Shown here piece after piece: positions 25,401-38,689 of a stretch of DNA of 64,000 nt. The notes below the pieces were generated by a model. The model was not told the origin of the DNA, did no database searches, and saw only the letters and a list, made by a program, of their open reading frames with translations. The position numbers and the translations under genes are program-made. Origin of the DNA: Gnetum montanum (Eukaryota; Plantae; Gnetophyta); NCBI GenBank assembly GCA_015680685.1, contig MNCI01001743.1, positions 92,472 through 156,471 on the forward strand, given 5' to 3'. Within the stretch, counting starts at the first letter, position 1, and each line of letters opens with the position of its first letter.

Positions 25401-26707
25401 GAAATCATACCTTTTTAGTTAAGGCTTTCCTTGTCTATGTCAAGCATTTTTCAGCTTCTCAAATAGAAAATCCTCAAGCTGCATGTTTGCCTCTATATTT
25501 TCCACCATACATTGCTTTAAAAGTTCAATGTAAACTATTTAGATGTTATAGGCAGATCATCTCTTTCTTAAATCAACATAGAATGAATAATAAATGAAAT
25601 CCCCTTTCAATCATAAAGTTTGCTCCATTAAATGGCCTAAATGTGCCAACACTATCAAAATATAAACAAATGGGAGGTTCAAATGTATATCCCATTTCAG
25701 TAAAAATGGAGTGGATCCATATGGCCTAAGTAGTAACATTTGATGCTGCTATGTATTCTACTTCTACTGTTGAGAGGGCGACTGTAATTTGCATCTTTGA
25801 TCCCCAAGAGATGACTGATGGACCAAAAAAACAACACCAGAAGTTGATTTACAATCTTCAAGGTCGCCTCCCCAGTCCACATTTGTGTATCCCCATATAT
25901 TAAATTTTATGTTGATAATTCATGCAGATCTTGCATGAACCAGTAGGGACAATTTACAACAAGCTGGATGTCTGGACAGGTATTGCAAAGATACACAAGA
26001 CAACCAACAAGGGAACGGTATAATGAAGAATTGAAGGATGGTGATGTATCTTCCTTGGTAAGTTTTGTTCAAAGGGATTACAATTACTCATGCCAAATTT
26101 CTCAATTAAGAATTGGGAAAATTTAATTTAGCATATGGAAATTGATTTTGATGTATGGATAACTTAAAAGCCCAAAAAATATGACATCTTCCCCAAATCA
26201 GACATTTCAAATTCATTTTTCATGGCATTACAAAAGTTATTTCCTAATGTAGTTGTAGATGAGAAATACATTAAATCATCTACATTGAAACAAACAAAAA
26301 TATAATCATCATTGGAAACATTTTTATAAACAGTTGATTGAGATGGTGAAGCCTGTTTGCCTGAAAAATGCATGAATTCAGGCGTACCATGCACTTGGAG
26401 CTTGCTTGAGACCATATAATGCTTTATGGAGCTTGTAGACATGATTTATCTTTTCTTCATCAATGAAACCTGGTGGTTGCTCCACGTAAACTTCTTCATT
26501 GAGAATTCCATTGACAAAGGCAAATGCAACATCAAGTTGAAAATTTCCATGACCATCTTGTGTTGCAACTGCAAAAAAAATTCTCACAGATTCCATTTGA
26601 GAGACGAGCAAAACATTCATCAAAATCTCTTTCTTGTTGTTGAACATATCCTTTGGCAACCAAGTGAGCTTAGAATTTTTCCACCTAACCATGTTCATCT
26701 CTTAATT

Positions 26708-27582
26708 TAATTTAATTTAATTTTTTGAGGAAATAGTCGAGATTGTATTACTGAAAAAAAATATAGTACAAGAGATTACAAATAGCGGGTCATCAACAAT
26801 GGCCCATGTGTGGTGGGGTAACACCCCAAAACCAGCATGCCAAACTCCACATCAGTCCAATGGAGCTCCGTGTTCACAAAACTAGCGGCCTGCTGGATTC
26901 CTTGCATGGCCGACTCCCGTCTGTTCTGATCCGCAATCGACGTCCCCACATCTAGATGGAAGTGTGCCAAGGTTCGGTAGATGTGGCGTCTGAGCTCCCC
27001 CTAGGAGCTATCGTAATTGATGCCCAGGATGAGGTATGGCCACCGTCCACCTCTAAGCCATTGGCAGGCGCTATGTTCATGTGCCCTGTCCAGTTAGCTC
27101 TGCTGCTGAGCCTCCTCCTCCTGTTCTCGTTCACGCTGCACCTGTTAAGCCTCCTCGCGTTCCCTTCGAGTGGTCTCCTCTTGCATCAACTCTTCTCTCA
27201 CTTGGGCCCGAATCTCATCCACCAGCCGTGCCCAGGTTGCATCGACCAGGAGGGTTTGTTGCCTCACCCTCTCCTACTCCCTTTCTCTAAATTTGGCCTC
27301 CAACTCGGCCCGTGCCTACGCGAGGGATTCCTACCATTTTGCCTCCCATTCCTGCCGCTTAGCCTTGCGTGCCGCAGTTGCGACCTTCTGTGCAGCTTGC
27401 TGCAACTCCTCGTCAAAGGTCTTAGGCAATGACGACTCTGGTGCTGCGATCCTAGTTAGGGGGCATCATCCTCACTGGCTACGTCGTTTCCGCATGTAAG
27501 TCATTACAGGGGGGGTCCAAAGGTTCTCCCAGTTAGCCAAAGATGATGGGCTAGGCGTAGGGGGGCGCTCTGCGAGTTTTCC

Positions 27583-27614
<32 letters not shown>

Positions 27615-30600
27615 NNNNNNNNNNNNNNNNNNNNNNNNNNNNNNNNNNNNNNNNNNNNNNNNNNNNNNNNNNNNNNNNNNNNNNNNNNNNNNNNNNNNNN
27701 NNNNNNNNNNNNNNNNNNNNNNNNNNNNNNNNNNNNNNNNNNNNNNNNNNNNNNNNNNNNNNNNNNNNNNNNNNNNNNNNNNNNNNNNNNNNNNNNNNNN
27801 NNNNNNNNNNNNNNNNNNNNNNNNNNNNNNNNNNNNNNNNNNNNNNNNNNNNNNNNNNNNNNNNNNNNNNNNNNNNNNNAAAGTAAGTCCGGTCGTTGTG
27901 CCAGTTAGAGAAGAACACGTCATCTGCAAGGTCTGGGTCACCAACCAGCCACTGCAAGGGGCCGTTCCAACCACACTATTCCACCATTTGCCAGAGTTCT
28001 TCCTCCACCTCGAATGCAGCGCAATAAAGTTTGAATGTCAACGTGACACCCATCACTGCCTCGATCTCATTCCACGTGCGAAGAGCCTGGGAGGTTACCA
28101 GCACGGGTAGGGGCAACCTGATCTATTGGAAAACAGTGCGATTTCTTGTCTTCCATGCTACCCATAAAAGTAGCATGGCCTGAGAGTCGCCAGCGTGGTT
28201 CAAGGCCCAACCACCCCTGTGCCTGCATCACACACGCGTGGCGGCAGAGCGTCTGCTAGGGCTTCAAATCCTGCACCCCCGCCTCCCAACGACGATATTT
28301 CGCATTCATAACATATATCCACTGGGCTAGTTCCCCATGCGGGCGCATGAAATGAAGCAACAGGCGTTGCTGTCCCAGCATTAGCTCATCCTTGAACGAC
28401 AAGATGCNNNNNNNNNNNNNNGGGGGCATGCAACCCGTTCCCAACTCACAAGGTGGATTTTGCTCCCCGCCCCCCTCTACCCCCTGTCCAGACGAAATGC
28501 CTAATCTACATGTTGATCTTGTTAATGATGGCGCTCAGAGGGTTGGCAACTACTACCACAAACCGGGTAATCGCAGTGAGAATTCCTGTTGCCACAACCA
28601 ATCACCCCTTCGAAGTCAGGAAAAGATTTGCCCAGTGACCCATCCTCCGTTCAACCTTCTCTAACAATGTCCCCCAAGACATGCTCCGCCCCCACTGGAA
28701 GACTGGGATACCCAGGTAGGTGTCCTTGACCGTTCCGGGCAGAATGTTCAGGACTTGCACAACCTAGTTTTTAATCTGTGAATCCACATTAATAAAATGA
28801 GTTGAGGATTTAGCCCTATTAATCTCCAATCCCAACTCATCTACGAGTCGGGAAAGTCTGATGTTGATGCACCGTGCTTGTGGGACCCCCGCACGACTAA
28901 GCAACATTGTGTCATCCGCATAGTGCTTGGCCCAACATTCCACCCCCGCAATGTCTAATCCGTCAACCCCTAACATTCTACAATAATGTTGCATCACATC
29001 CATAGCTATAATGAACAGCAGGGGCGAAAGAGGGTCCCCCTACCGTAACCCCCTCCCAAGCAAGGAGAGACCCCACAGTCCCCCCCGCCNNNNNNNNNNN
29101 NNNNNNNNNNNNNNNNNNNNNNNNNNNNNNNNNNNNNNTGGATGCAAAGCTGGATAAAACCCTGGTCAAAACCCTTCCATTGCATAATGGTAGCTAGGGC
29201 TTCCCAGCTGAGTGTGTCATATGCCTTGGTAATGTCAAGCTTGAGACAGAGCCCAAGGAAACCCGTAGTCTGAAGAGAATGGAACAACTCTTGCATGAGG
29301 AGAACCTAATCTTGCAAGGTTCGGCCTTGCACAAACCCTGCTTGATTAACTCCCACCACCTTGGGCATGAGTGGCACAAGCCTATGCACAATCAATTTGG
29401 AGAAAACCCGAATCAAAACATTGCAAACCCCAATAGGATGGAACTGTTCTAGGCGGTGTGCCTCTGTTTCCTTTGAGATGCACACAATTCGAGAGCAACT
29501 AATCTCCCTTCGAACCTGCCTCTTGATCAACATAAGGTTGAAGGCGTCTCGGATATTGGATCCCACAATATCCATGAAGGCTCGAAAGAACTCAAGACTC
29601 TAGACATCTGGACTAGGCGGCTTCCCTCCCAGCATGTTGTTGATGGTGGCAATGAGTTCCTACCAAGAGAACGGGGTCAACAACCGCGTGTTGTCTTCCT
29701 CGTTCAGCACCTACGCAATTTGGACCGAAATGGGTTTTGGTGGGTCATTTGGCCCAAATCCTCTCCCAGTATTAAGTCAGCTCCCTAGCGACGCTCTGTG
29801 GTTCATCAATAATCCCCCCATCCCGGGTGTGTAAACAACTTGGTTGGCCCCATCCTTGTGTCTTAGCAACGGCAAAGAAAAACTTCGTTTCCCTATCCCC
29901 TTCTCGGAGCCATCTAACCCATGACCTTTGTTTCCAGTATGTCTCCTCTTCTAGGTCAAGGCCTTGAAGTTGCCGCAGAATGTTCTACTCTTCTTCATGT
30001 AAGTCCTCCCCAGCCTCCTAGCTGGTCTAGATCTGAATAAGTTTATCTCGGAGTGCCCTACGACCCGTCCTAAAAGAGAATTTGTCCTCCACTGGTAGGG
30101 CTCGAATGGCCCATTTCAAGCAAAGCAAATCATCCTTAAGGAAGTTCCTGGGGTCTCCCTAGCCTGGTCGATAATCCGCCCAAATGTCCTCAACTAAAGG
30201 CCTCAACCACAGCTTAGACAACCAAGCTACCTCAAAAAAAAATGATCACAGGGTCTGGGACCTTTCCAGCCCGAGCGAACAAACCAGGGATTGATGATCC
30301 GAAGCGACCCTTTCCTATCTCGTAACCCGCACGGAAAATTAGAGGAGGAGGTCAAAACTAATGCAAACCCGGTCAATTCGGGAAAGGACGCAGTTCAGGC
30401 CTTTCCTCCTGTTGCTCCAGGTGAACTGGCAGTTCCCAATGGGTAGATCCACCAGTGAGTGGACCATCAGGAAATCTTGAAACTCCTACGTGCCCGGGGG
30501 GCAGCCCCATTGGATTTTTCCACAAATGCAAGCACTGGTTGAAGTCCCCAACGATTAGCCATGCCCAATGGTCTAGCACCAGCATCACCACGTGTTCCAG

Positions 30601-32368
30601 TTCTGTGCCCCATAGAAGTTGGTCAGCCAAATCCCCTGGGAGGGGATATGAATGGTCATGGTCCATTGTGAGGTGTCAACCAACGTATCGTAGCGAGCCA
30701 AGATAGCAAGACCTCTTGCCCAACCCATGCAGGGGTGCACGTGGGTTTTCCAGCAGCCATCCCAAAGGAGATGGTGAGATTCCATCGCTTGCAACTTGGT
30801 TACTTGGAGGCAAACAATGTCACATTCTTCATCCTGGACAATTCTACGCATGGTATTTCTTTTATAGGGTGTACCCTATCCCTTACAATACCAGCTGAAA
30901 ATCTTCATGCATGCCCAAATGAGCGGCGCTGGTAGACCTCCCAAAGGGTCTGCTGTAACCCCAAATCAATATTTCGTTGAGCTTGTCTAGCCCTGGACCA
31001 ACTATCACTCGGGCATCCGGGGCGACCCTCCCCCTCTCACACCACTGGGCAACATCCCAAGTCCTCGGNNNNNNNNNNNNNNNNNNNNNNNNNNNNNNNN
31101 NNNNNNNNNNNNNNNNNNNNNNNNNNNNNNNNNNNNNNNNNNNNNNNNNNNNNNNNNNNNNNNNNNNNNNNNNNNNNNNNNNNNNNNNNNNNNNNNNNNN
31201 NNNNNNNNNNNNNNNNNNNNNNNNNNNNNNNNNNNNNNNNNNNNNNNNNNNNNNNNNNNNNNNNNNNNNNNNNNNNNNNNNNNNNNNNNNNNNNNNNNNN
31301 NNNNNNNNNNNNNCAATCGGCCCTTACAGCCCACCGTGGCCCAGTCCCCACCCTCAAACATCTGCTTGGCTCAGTCCCACAACCGCACAGGCCGTGTCCT
31401 CCAAAATCGGCAATCCTCCTCCTGGTGACCAAGTTTCCCACAGCAAGCACATCCTTCTCCCTTGCCCTCTCTGGCCTTCGTTCTTCATTCAAGGCCTGGC
31501 TCAACCTCTAGGTTCTCAAACTCGACATGGAGGTGTTCCTCCCTGCTTGGGAGCTCCAGAACGATTTCCCAGATGAGGTCCTTATCCAACAGCCTTTGCC
31601 AAACGCAGAAACGGGCGAAGCCCATACACACCATTGATTGTGTGACATTATCAAAACCAATGAACTCCCCAAAGAACCCAACCACCTTCTCTAGGAACTC
31701 CAGGTTCCACATCTCCCATGGGATCCCGAAAATCCTCATCCACACTGGGGCCCTGGTGAACAAGTTTATCTCGTGATGCGCCCCTGGGCACTACAGGGTT
31801 AAAGCTAGCCCCTGAGCCCTGTAAAACCACAGTTACCCCAGCAACACCAAGTCCCTAGCCTGCTAGGATGGAAAGATGAACAGAAGCAAATCCTTGGACA
31901 GACTCCAGACTTCTACCTGGCCAACCTTCAAATGTTCTTGCACCCACTTGCGGATTAACTCCATCCACGAGCAAGCACCCCTAGAAACGAAATGGCCAAT
32001 GAGGCTTCGTTGCATGGTGCGGACTCCCTCCGTCGGGGGCTTGCTGACCCGGAGCCATAAGGTGTGGTCAGCCTAGGAATGTGCTTCGATACCCCAATAC
32101 GGCACTCGCAACCCTTCCCCCCACCCTGCGGTCTTGTGTGGCCCAAACCGAGTTCTCTCCATCGCCTTTGCCCGCTCCCGCGTTCGCCTAAAACTCTGCC
32201 CCTATGTTCATCGGACTCTCCTCTCTTGTGCCGCCACTGCTATGCTCCAACGCTCGCTTGCTGTTACTGTGCTCCAGTGCCCACCTATTGTTCCTACTGC
32301 TGTTGTGCTTCGGTGCCCACCTCCATGGCTCAAGGATATTTTGCTGTGCTAGTCCGGATCTTGCCGAA
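26708..32368 (-). mobile_element. Near full-length LINE with J-domain ORF2 (gapped; sister of 56265-62270)
   Basis: ORF1 (APVWMRIFGIPWEMW), APE (MKIFSW, WLIVGDFN), RT (KLDITKAYD, HYADD), extension, coiled coil, J-domain at 27042-26855; candidate TSD TCTTAATT at 26700-26707 and 32369-32376. Confidence 0.92.
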
Positions 32369-33685
32369 TCTTAATTGTGCAGGTTAAGGATGCCGTTGGA
32401 AATGGGCTGTAAAAACAGCAGCAGTTGTGTGGATTGTTGTTGAATGCTGGGATCATGGCTGCTGATACAAAGGAGCAAAAAACCCATGACCTGATTAAGC
32501 AAACAGTGGAAATGGTGCCTACATTGCTGCATTTCCAAGCAACAGTGAAGAAAACATTGGATGGGAGGACCGCATTGCAGATGATGCATTGCCAAGCTCA
32601 GTATTCTGGCTTAGTGCGCTGAACAGTGCCTGTAAAATAATATGAGCAGATTGTCTGGTATGTTGGCCAAATTTATGTGCAGAACTCGTCCTCTTGTGTT
32701 ATGGGCCTGTTTCCATAATGCTGTAACGTTTCCTCCATAAAATGCATATCACCTGAATCAACCACTTATATGCTTTGGATTTTACAGCGTATCCAAGAAA
32801 AATACAAGCCGTAGCTTTCTCATCTAATTTTTGTCTATTTTGTGCACGGATGTGCACATAGCAAGGAGAGCCAAAGACTTTTAAATAGGAAATATTGGGT
32901 GGATAACCATACCAGCATTCATAGGGTGTTTTATATTGGATTCATCTTGTAGGCACCTGATTCAAAATATAAAATGATGTTGAATATGATTCCACCCAAA
33001 ATGTATTATCTAAGCCTGACATTTGAAGGAGACATCTTACCACTGTTCTTCCTCTCAGCTATGCCATTTTTGTGGTGTAAATGATGTGGTGGTTTGATGA
33101 ATAATCCCATAATTCTTGCAAAATTCATCAAATTCCTTGGATAAAAATTCACCACCACAATCTGTCCAGACCAGATTTTTTTAATTGTATTGCCACTTTG
33201 ATTTTCAACTTCCACTTTGAATGTTTTAAAGAATCCCAGTGTTTGATCTTTTAATTCAAGAAAATATCCTCAAGCAAATCTTGAAAAATCATCCACTATC
33301 ACCAACATATATTTATTTTTCCTAGGCTCAATGTTTGCATGGAAGCCCATAGATCCATATGAACTGGATCTAATTTTTCTTGAGATCTATGTTCTTTCCT
33401 AGGAAAAGGAAATCTTGTAATTTTTCCTAGTTGACATATATCATACTCATGATTATTTGGCAAAGAAAATTTTGGCATACCTCTTACAATTTCTCCTTTC
33501 TGCATGTGGTCCAAAGAGCCAAAGTTGCCATGTCCTAGCCTTGCATGCCATAGAATTGATGTGTCATCTCTGACAGTGAGACAACGAACATCCTTTTGCA
33601 TCTGCAACTTACACGTCTGATTCTCGCTAACAAGGATAATGGCAATACCTTTGTCATCATTAGCCTTAAAAATCTTACAAACATC

Positions 33686-36600
33686 ATGAAACCGTGGCTC
33701 ATGAAGCTATGGCTCCGACTGCTAGTGACAATTATATGGGACCAGTATTCTACTACAAGGGATTCACGTGAATTCCTTACAAAGGGGCTTAATATCTTGA
33801 AAAAAGAGATTCGCTCCATTGGAAGGAGGAGAAGTACTCATTAAGAAGTCATCAAGGGATGTTGCAACAACAGCTAGTTCAAATTCAAGGTAGGCAGGAG
33901 AGAAGGGAATTGTTGGCCTAGGAAGAACAAGCTGTCCTTCTTGAGGTCCAACAAATTGACCAGAAAGAAATGGAATACTAGCGGCAACGATCACATAACC
34001 AATGAATGATGGTGACTGCTCGATGAGGTTTTTCTTTGCAGCCGCTCAAGCTAACAACATGGTGAAGTCGGTGCACAGTTTGGTCAAGCAAGGACTAGTG
34101 CTTGGGCAAACTACCTATATTGCTCATGAGTTTTAGTCTTTTTGTGAGGCTATCTGGTAGAGGCAAGAGAGGGATCCTCTATTGATACAAATTCAGCCAA
34201 CACTTACAGAGGAGGACAATCAACAATTGTTGGCCCCCTTTACTTGGGAGGAGCTTGATACCAATTTGAGGGATCTAAGGACGAGGAGGACGTCGGGGCC
34301 TGACAATTGGCCCATCAATTTTTTCCAAGAGTTTGCGGATGTTTTGGGCAAAAACATTCTTGACGCATTTAACACCATGTTATGTTGGAAATAGATTGAC
34401 CAAGAAATAAATTGTTCCAAAATTTTCCTTATCCCTAAGCATGAGAGTCCTTCGGAGGTTCCTCATTACATGCCCATTGGCGTCTATAATACCCTCCTCC
34501 ATTTGTTTATGAAATTACTCATTCAAAGGCTGGCTCCCTTGATGCCACATCTAGTGCATCATAATTAGGTTGGGTTTGTGAGAAATAGACTCCTTGAGAA
34601 TTAGGTTATTTTCTGCAAGAGATTCTTCACTCCCTTCAAGTGTAGTGTTTCCCTAGGCTATGTTTTAAGCTTGACATTGTGAAAGCTTACGACACTATCA
34701 ATTGGAATGCCTTAGGAGATATTATGGAGGGGAAAGGTTTCAGTCACACTTTCATTGACTTATGTCTTCAAATACAGTCCTTTGCTACTTACTCCATTGA
34801 CCTGGAAGGGGTACTTTGGGGGTTCTCATCATCAGGGAAAGGTCTCCGACAAGGGAACCCATTACCTTCTTATCTTTTCATTATAGTTATAGACATTTTG
34901 TAGGATTACTATAGGGCCGAAGGGATGCGGGACATGCACATCAATGGGGTTGACTGCATGGTAGAACACTATGCAAATGATACCATTGTTTTTACATGTG
35001 CAATGGTGCCGCAGGCTACTGCTTTGGATCGAGCCTTATTGCATATGGCAAGGGAGGTGGGCCTAGAAGTGAATTGTGCCAAATCCACACTTTACATAAC
35101 CCACACTGATGCTAGGGTCAAATCTTGTATCATGCAAACTTTGGGAGTCCTACCTGGTACTGATTCTGACCAATCTCTGGGATTTCCCATGTTTGAATGG
35201 CTTTGTAAGAGAGCTTGGGTTCAACTCCTCAAACATATTCAGCAGCAGATTACACATTGGACTACCTGCTTTCTGACTCAAAAAGGATGGATCGATTGTA
35301 CGATTTATTGCTTCCATTGCTATCCCCCTTGACATTGGGGACAAAGTGGATCAATTAATTCAAAATTTCATTTGGTCGGGAGGCAAGGGGAAGTAACATC
35401 TCCATCTAGTGGCCTGGGACACAATTGCATGCCCCTACAATGTAGGTGGCCTAGGAATTTTGAAATTCGAAGATCTAGTGATGATGGAACAGCAACAACT
35501 AGTTCACCGCATGTCACAAGCTAACATGAATACGGTGTCCTAGATTGGGATCATGCACCATAAGTACCATCAATTGACTACAACTGCACAAGATTCTCTT
35601 TTATGGTGCTTGATCTACCCACACGCTCACCATATGATAGCATTGGGATGGCTGGTCGTGCAACCTAGACTCATAATTAAAAAACAATTTTTGGCATTCC
35701 CTAGTTGGCATCAGGTCTAGCAAGAATGCCTACCTTGAAAAATCAAAGCCTTCTTGTGGCTTATTAACCGTAAGGCCCTTCCTGTACGGATGGAATTGCA
35801 TCCGCACGAATTACAAATTAAGGAAATGTGTCCGGCATGTAGGCAAGGTGCCAAAACGTGTCAGTATTTTACTTCTAATTGCCCATTTAGCATTGCCATG
35901 TGACATGCTACTAAAATCCACCCTCTGATTATTTTAAGTAGGGATTCAAGGGCGACTACCATTCTTTGGTGCATGTGGAAGGCACGTAACAGGCTTGTGT
36001 TCCAACAAGTGCCATTGCTAGCTCCAACGCAAGTTGCAACGAAGGGACTTAGACTATGGAGGAAGGTGATTGTCACTATGAGAACAATACCTACGTTTGA
36101 GCCATCCTATGATCAGTTTCAATCTAATGTGGATTTGTGGGACTTGGTTTGTCACGTGGGTAGGGCTGATTTTCTACCAAGACTGTTGGGGGACCCTACT
36201 TTGCCAGATGATGAGTTCTTCACCAATTGGTAGGGGAATTCGACTTCCTTCCATGGGGTCACAATTGAGCTTACGGAAGCGATGCTAGCATGGGTTTTGC
36301 GAGTGCCAATGTCAGGTTAGGTTGTGATGCCGATGCTACATAGGCTTTAGGATGTTCAATCTTTCTTTAAAGGGCCTTTTCCATGAATTGCAAGTGGACA
36401 AACCTCAAAGTATGCCCTACCTGCTCTATGGCAGTTGGCCGCAGAGCTTGTTGAAAGGTTTTTTGCTCTAACAGGGAAGTTGTGGAAGCTTCAGGCGGTT
36501 CATTTTGCATTCCTAAAGTGCCTCCAGATGGGGCGACAAGTCAATATTCCAGGGTTCTTTTTAGTGATGCTAAGGCGAAGACATTCTAGGCAGCACTCAA

Positions 36601-37783
36601 GCCTTATCTTGGCCCTATCGAGGGCCACAAGTCTTGCCACCATGACAAGGGAGTTCAAGACAACGTCTCAGTTAACTTTCTAGTTTGTCTATCGACATCG
36701 TAGACAGCTGATTCCTATTGAGGAGCGAGAGGTTCCACCTAGGTGTATTGTTCTAGCACTCATGACCAAACAAGTGAAACCTAATCAAGATGTGGATGGA
36801 CCTAGGGCAAGGCAGGCTACGATGCAAGTGCAAGTTGCGCTAGAGAGAGAGGTTGATGCTAACAAGGCAAGAACGAATGAGCACCGAGTGTGGGAGGCCA
36901 AGTGGGAGGCAAGGAAGGAGGCTTTTAGAAGGGAGTTGGAAGAGCTACAGGTGGCCCATCAAAAGGAAATCTAGTGGCAATGGCAATGGCAGCAGATTTG
37001 AAGGCCTATATCCGGTGAGAGCTTATAGAGGAGTTGTAGCAGGAGAAGCTACAGCGACAAACCCTTGAATGAGAAGCGAAAGACCAATGGGCCAAGGAGC
37101 ATTAGGAGGAAGCGCTGCAGCTGCAACTGAGATATTCACATGAACAAAACACCACCATGTGGCTAAGAGAGGCGAATTGCCCCTATGTGGGGATGCAAAT
37201 TAATTGTGAAGTTATGTGGCCGGAATTGCACCAGCACATTCGCCTGGCCTCTGCTAAACTGCATCCAAATGGCAAAGGCTCTGCTACTGAAAGCGCGAGA
37301 AAAGCCAAGGCATTCAAAATTTTCCAACAGATGGCAGCTTTTGTGGAGACGTAAGACCTTCGCATGCAGCTGGACTTGCTGCATTCTTAGATCTAGCCAA
37401 ACTGCAAGTGTGCACATCTACCCCACCAACATTACAAGGTAGCAGATGTGCACAATTTCTTTGTTGTTGTTGTTTTTTTCTTTTTCTATTAGTGCTTTTT
37501 GGTTGCCTTGTGTGTTGGAGGGGGGGTGTGTTTCTGCTATTAATGGTCCAAGGGTCCTATATCCTAGTTTCCTTCTATTTGTTTACTTGATTTCTCTCAG
37601 TTTGTAAGGGGGTTTTATCCCCTTTGCAATGTTCCTATGGGGTGATCCTTTACCCCTTTTGGTGGGGAGGTGGATACAACCCACCTCAGTTTTGGTTGTT
37701 GTGGTGCTTGGGGGTTTCTTCCCCTCTTTGTTCCTTCTAAGTTGTACATATCTTTTTAATACATTCCCGAAATTTTGCTCAAA
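33686..37783 (+). mobile_element. 5'-truncated LINE with RT, zf-RVT, extension and J-domain
   Basis: SGPDNWP, KAYDTINW, GLRQGNPL, HYAND, WKARNRLVF, J-domain 37178-37430; A-tail; 18-bp TSD AAAAATCTTACAAACATC at 33668-33685 and 37784-37801. Confidence 0.93.
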
Positions 37784-38689
37784 AAAAATCTTACAAACAT
37801 CTTTTTCAAATTCCACACGATAACCATTACAGCATAATTGGCCAACACTTAATAGATTCTTTGTAGGAGATACTATATTTATTACCTTGAGTTGTTGTGA
37901 AAGCAAGCAATTCAATCCCAGTAATGGTTAGCTTTTCCCATTACCTATAGTTACCTTTCCATCATATGTTTCTAAACTTGAGAACAATTTCTTATTCCCT
38001 ATCCAATGATTACTACACCCACTATCATCATACCAAATATTGTTGTTGTTGCCAGCATTTGGTACCTTTGTAAAATCAAGAGTTGATCTTCCTCTTTTTC
38101 AATGTAAAATAATACTTCACCTTTTTGTTGATCCCTTTGCTAATCTTCATGTTCTACAATTTTTGCTTTACCTTTCTTTTCATACTTCTTGCTAGACTAA
38201 CATTCTAGAGTATTGTGGGTGTTGGTGCCACAAAAATCACAATGCTTACCTTCCCTTGATTGATTGGATCTTCCACAACCACAACCTCCAGATTTGATGC
38301 AACCGCATCCATGTCCTCTAAATGAGGATCCATGTGAGGATCTTTGATTTTGATTTTGATTGGACATCCTTTGAAATTCCACTTGAAATCCATTTATTGT
38401 TGACTCCTCATGATCAACAATCCTTTGCCCGTATGTCCTTAAGCTTCCTACAAGCTCAACCATGGTCATCTTATTGAGATCTCTTACTTCTCCAATAGCC
38501 ACAACAACAGGATCATATCATTTGGTTATACTTCAAACGATCTTTTCAACAACATGCTTGTCCTCAAGCATTTCTTCACAAGATTCAAGCCCATTTTCAA
38601 CTTGTTGAAATTGCTTGATGCATTGATCAATATTCTCTGAATCTAGCATGCACAAAGATTCAAATTCTTTCCTTAATACTTGTAGCTTG

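Noticed and set aside
26956-27432. 158-aa Leu-rich ORF resembling a membrane protein (also 61480-61743, 48167-48415)
   Set aside because: Antisense shadow of the purine-rich coiled-coil coding strand.
33764-33994. Minus-strand ORF as a captured gene at a LINE 5' end
   Set aside because: The plus strand encodes the APE-RT linker (WLMKLWLRLLVTIIW), homologous to 58230-58400.
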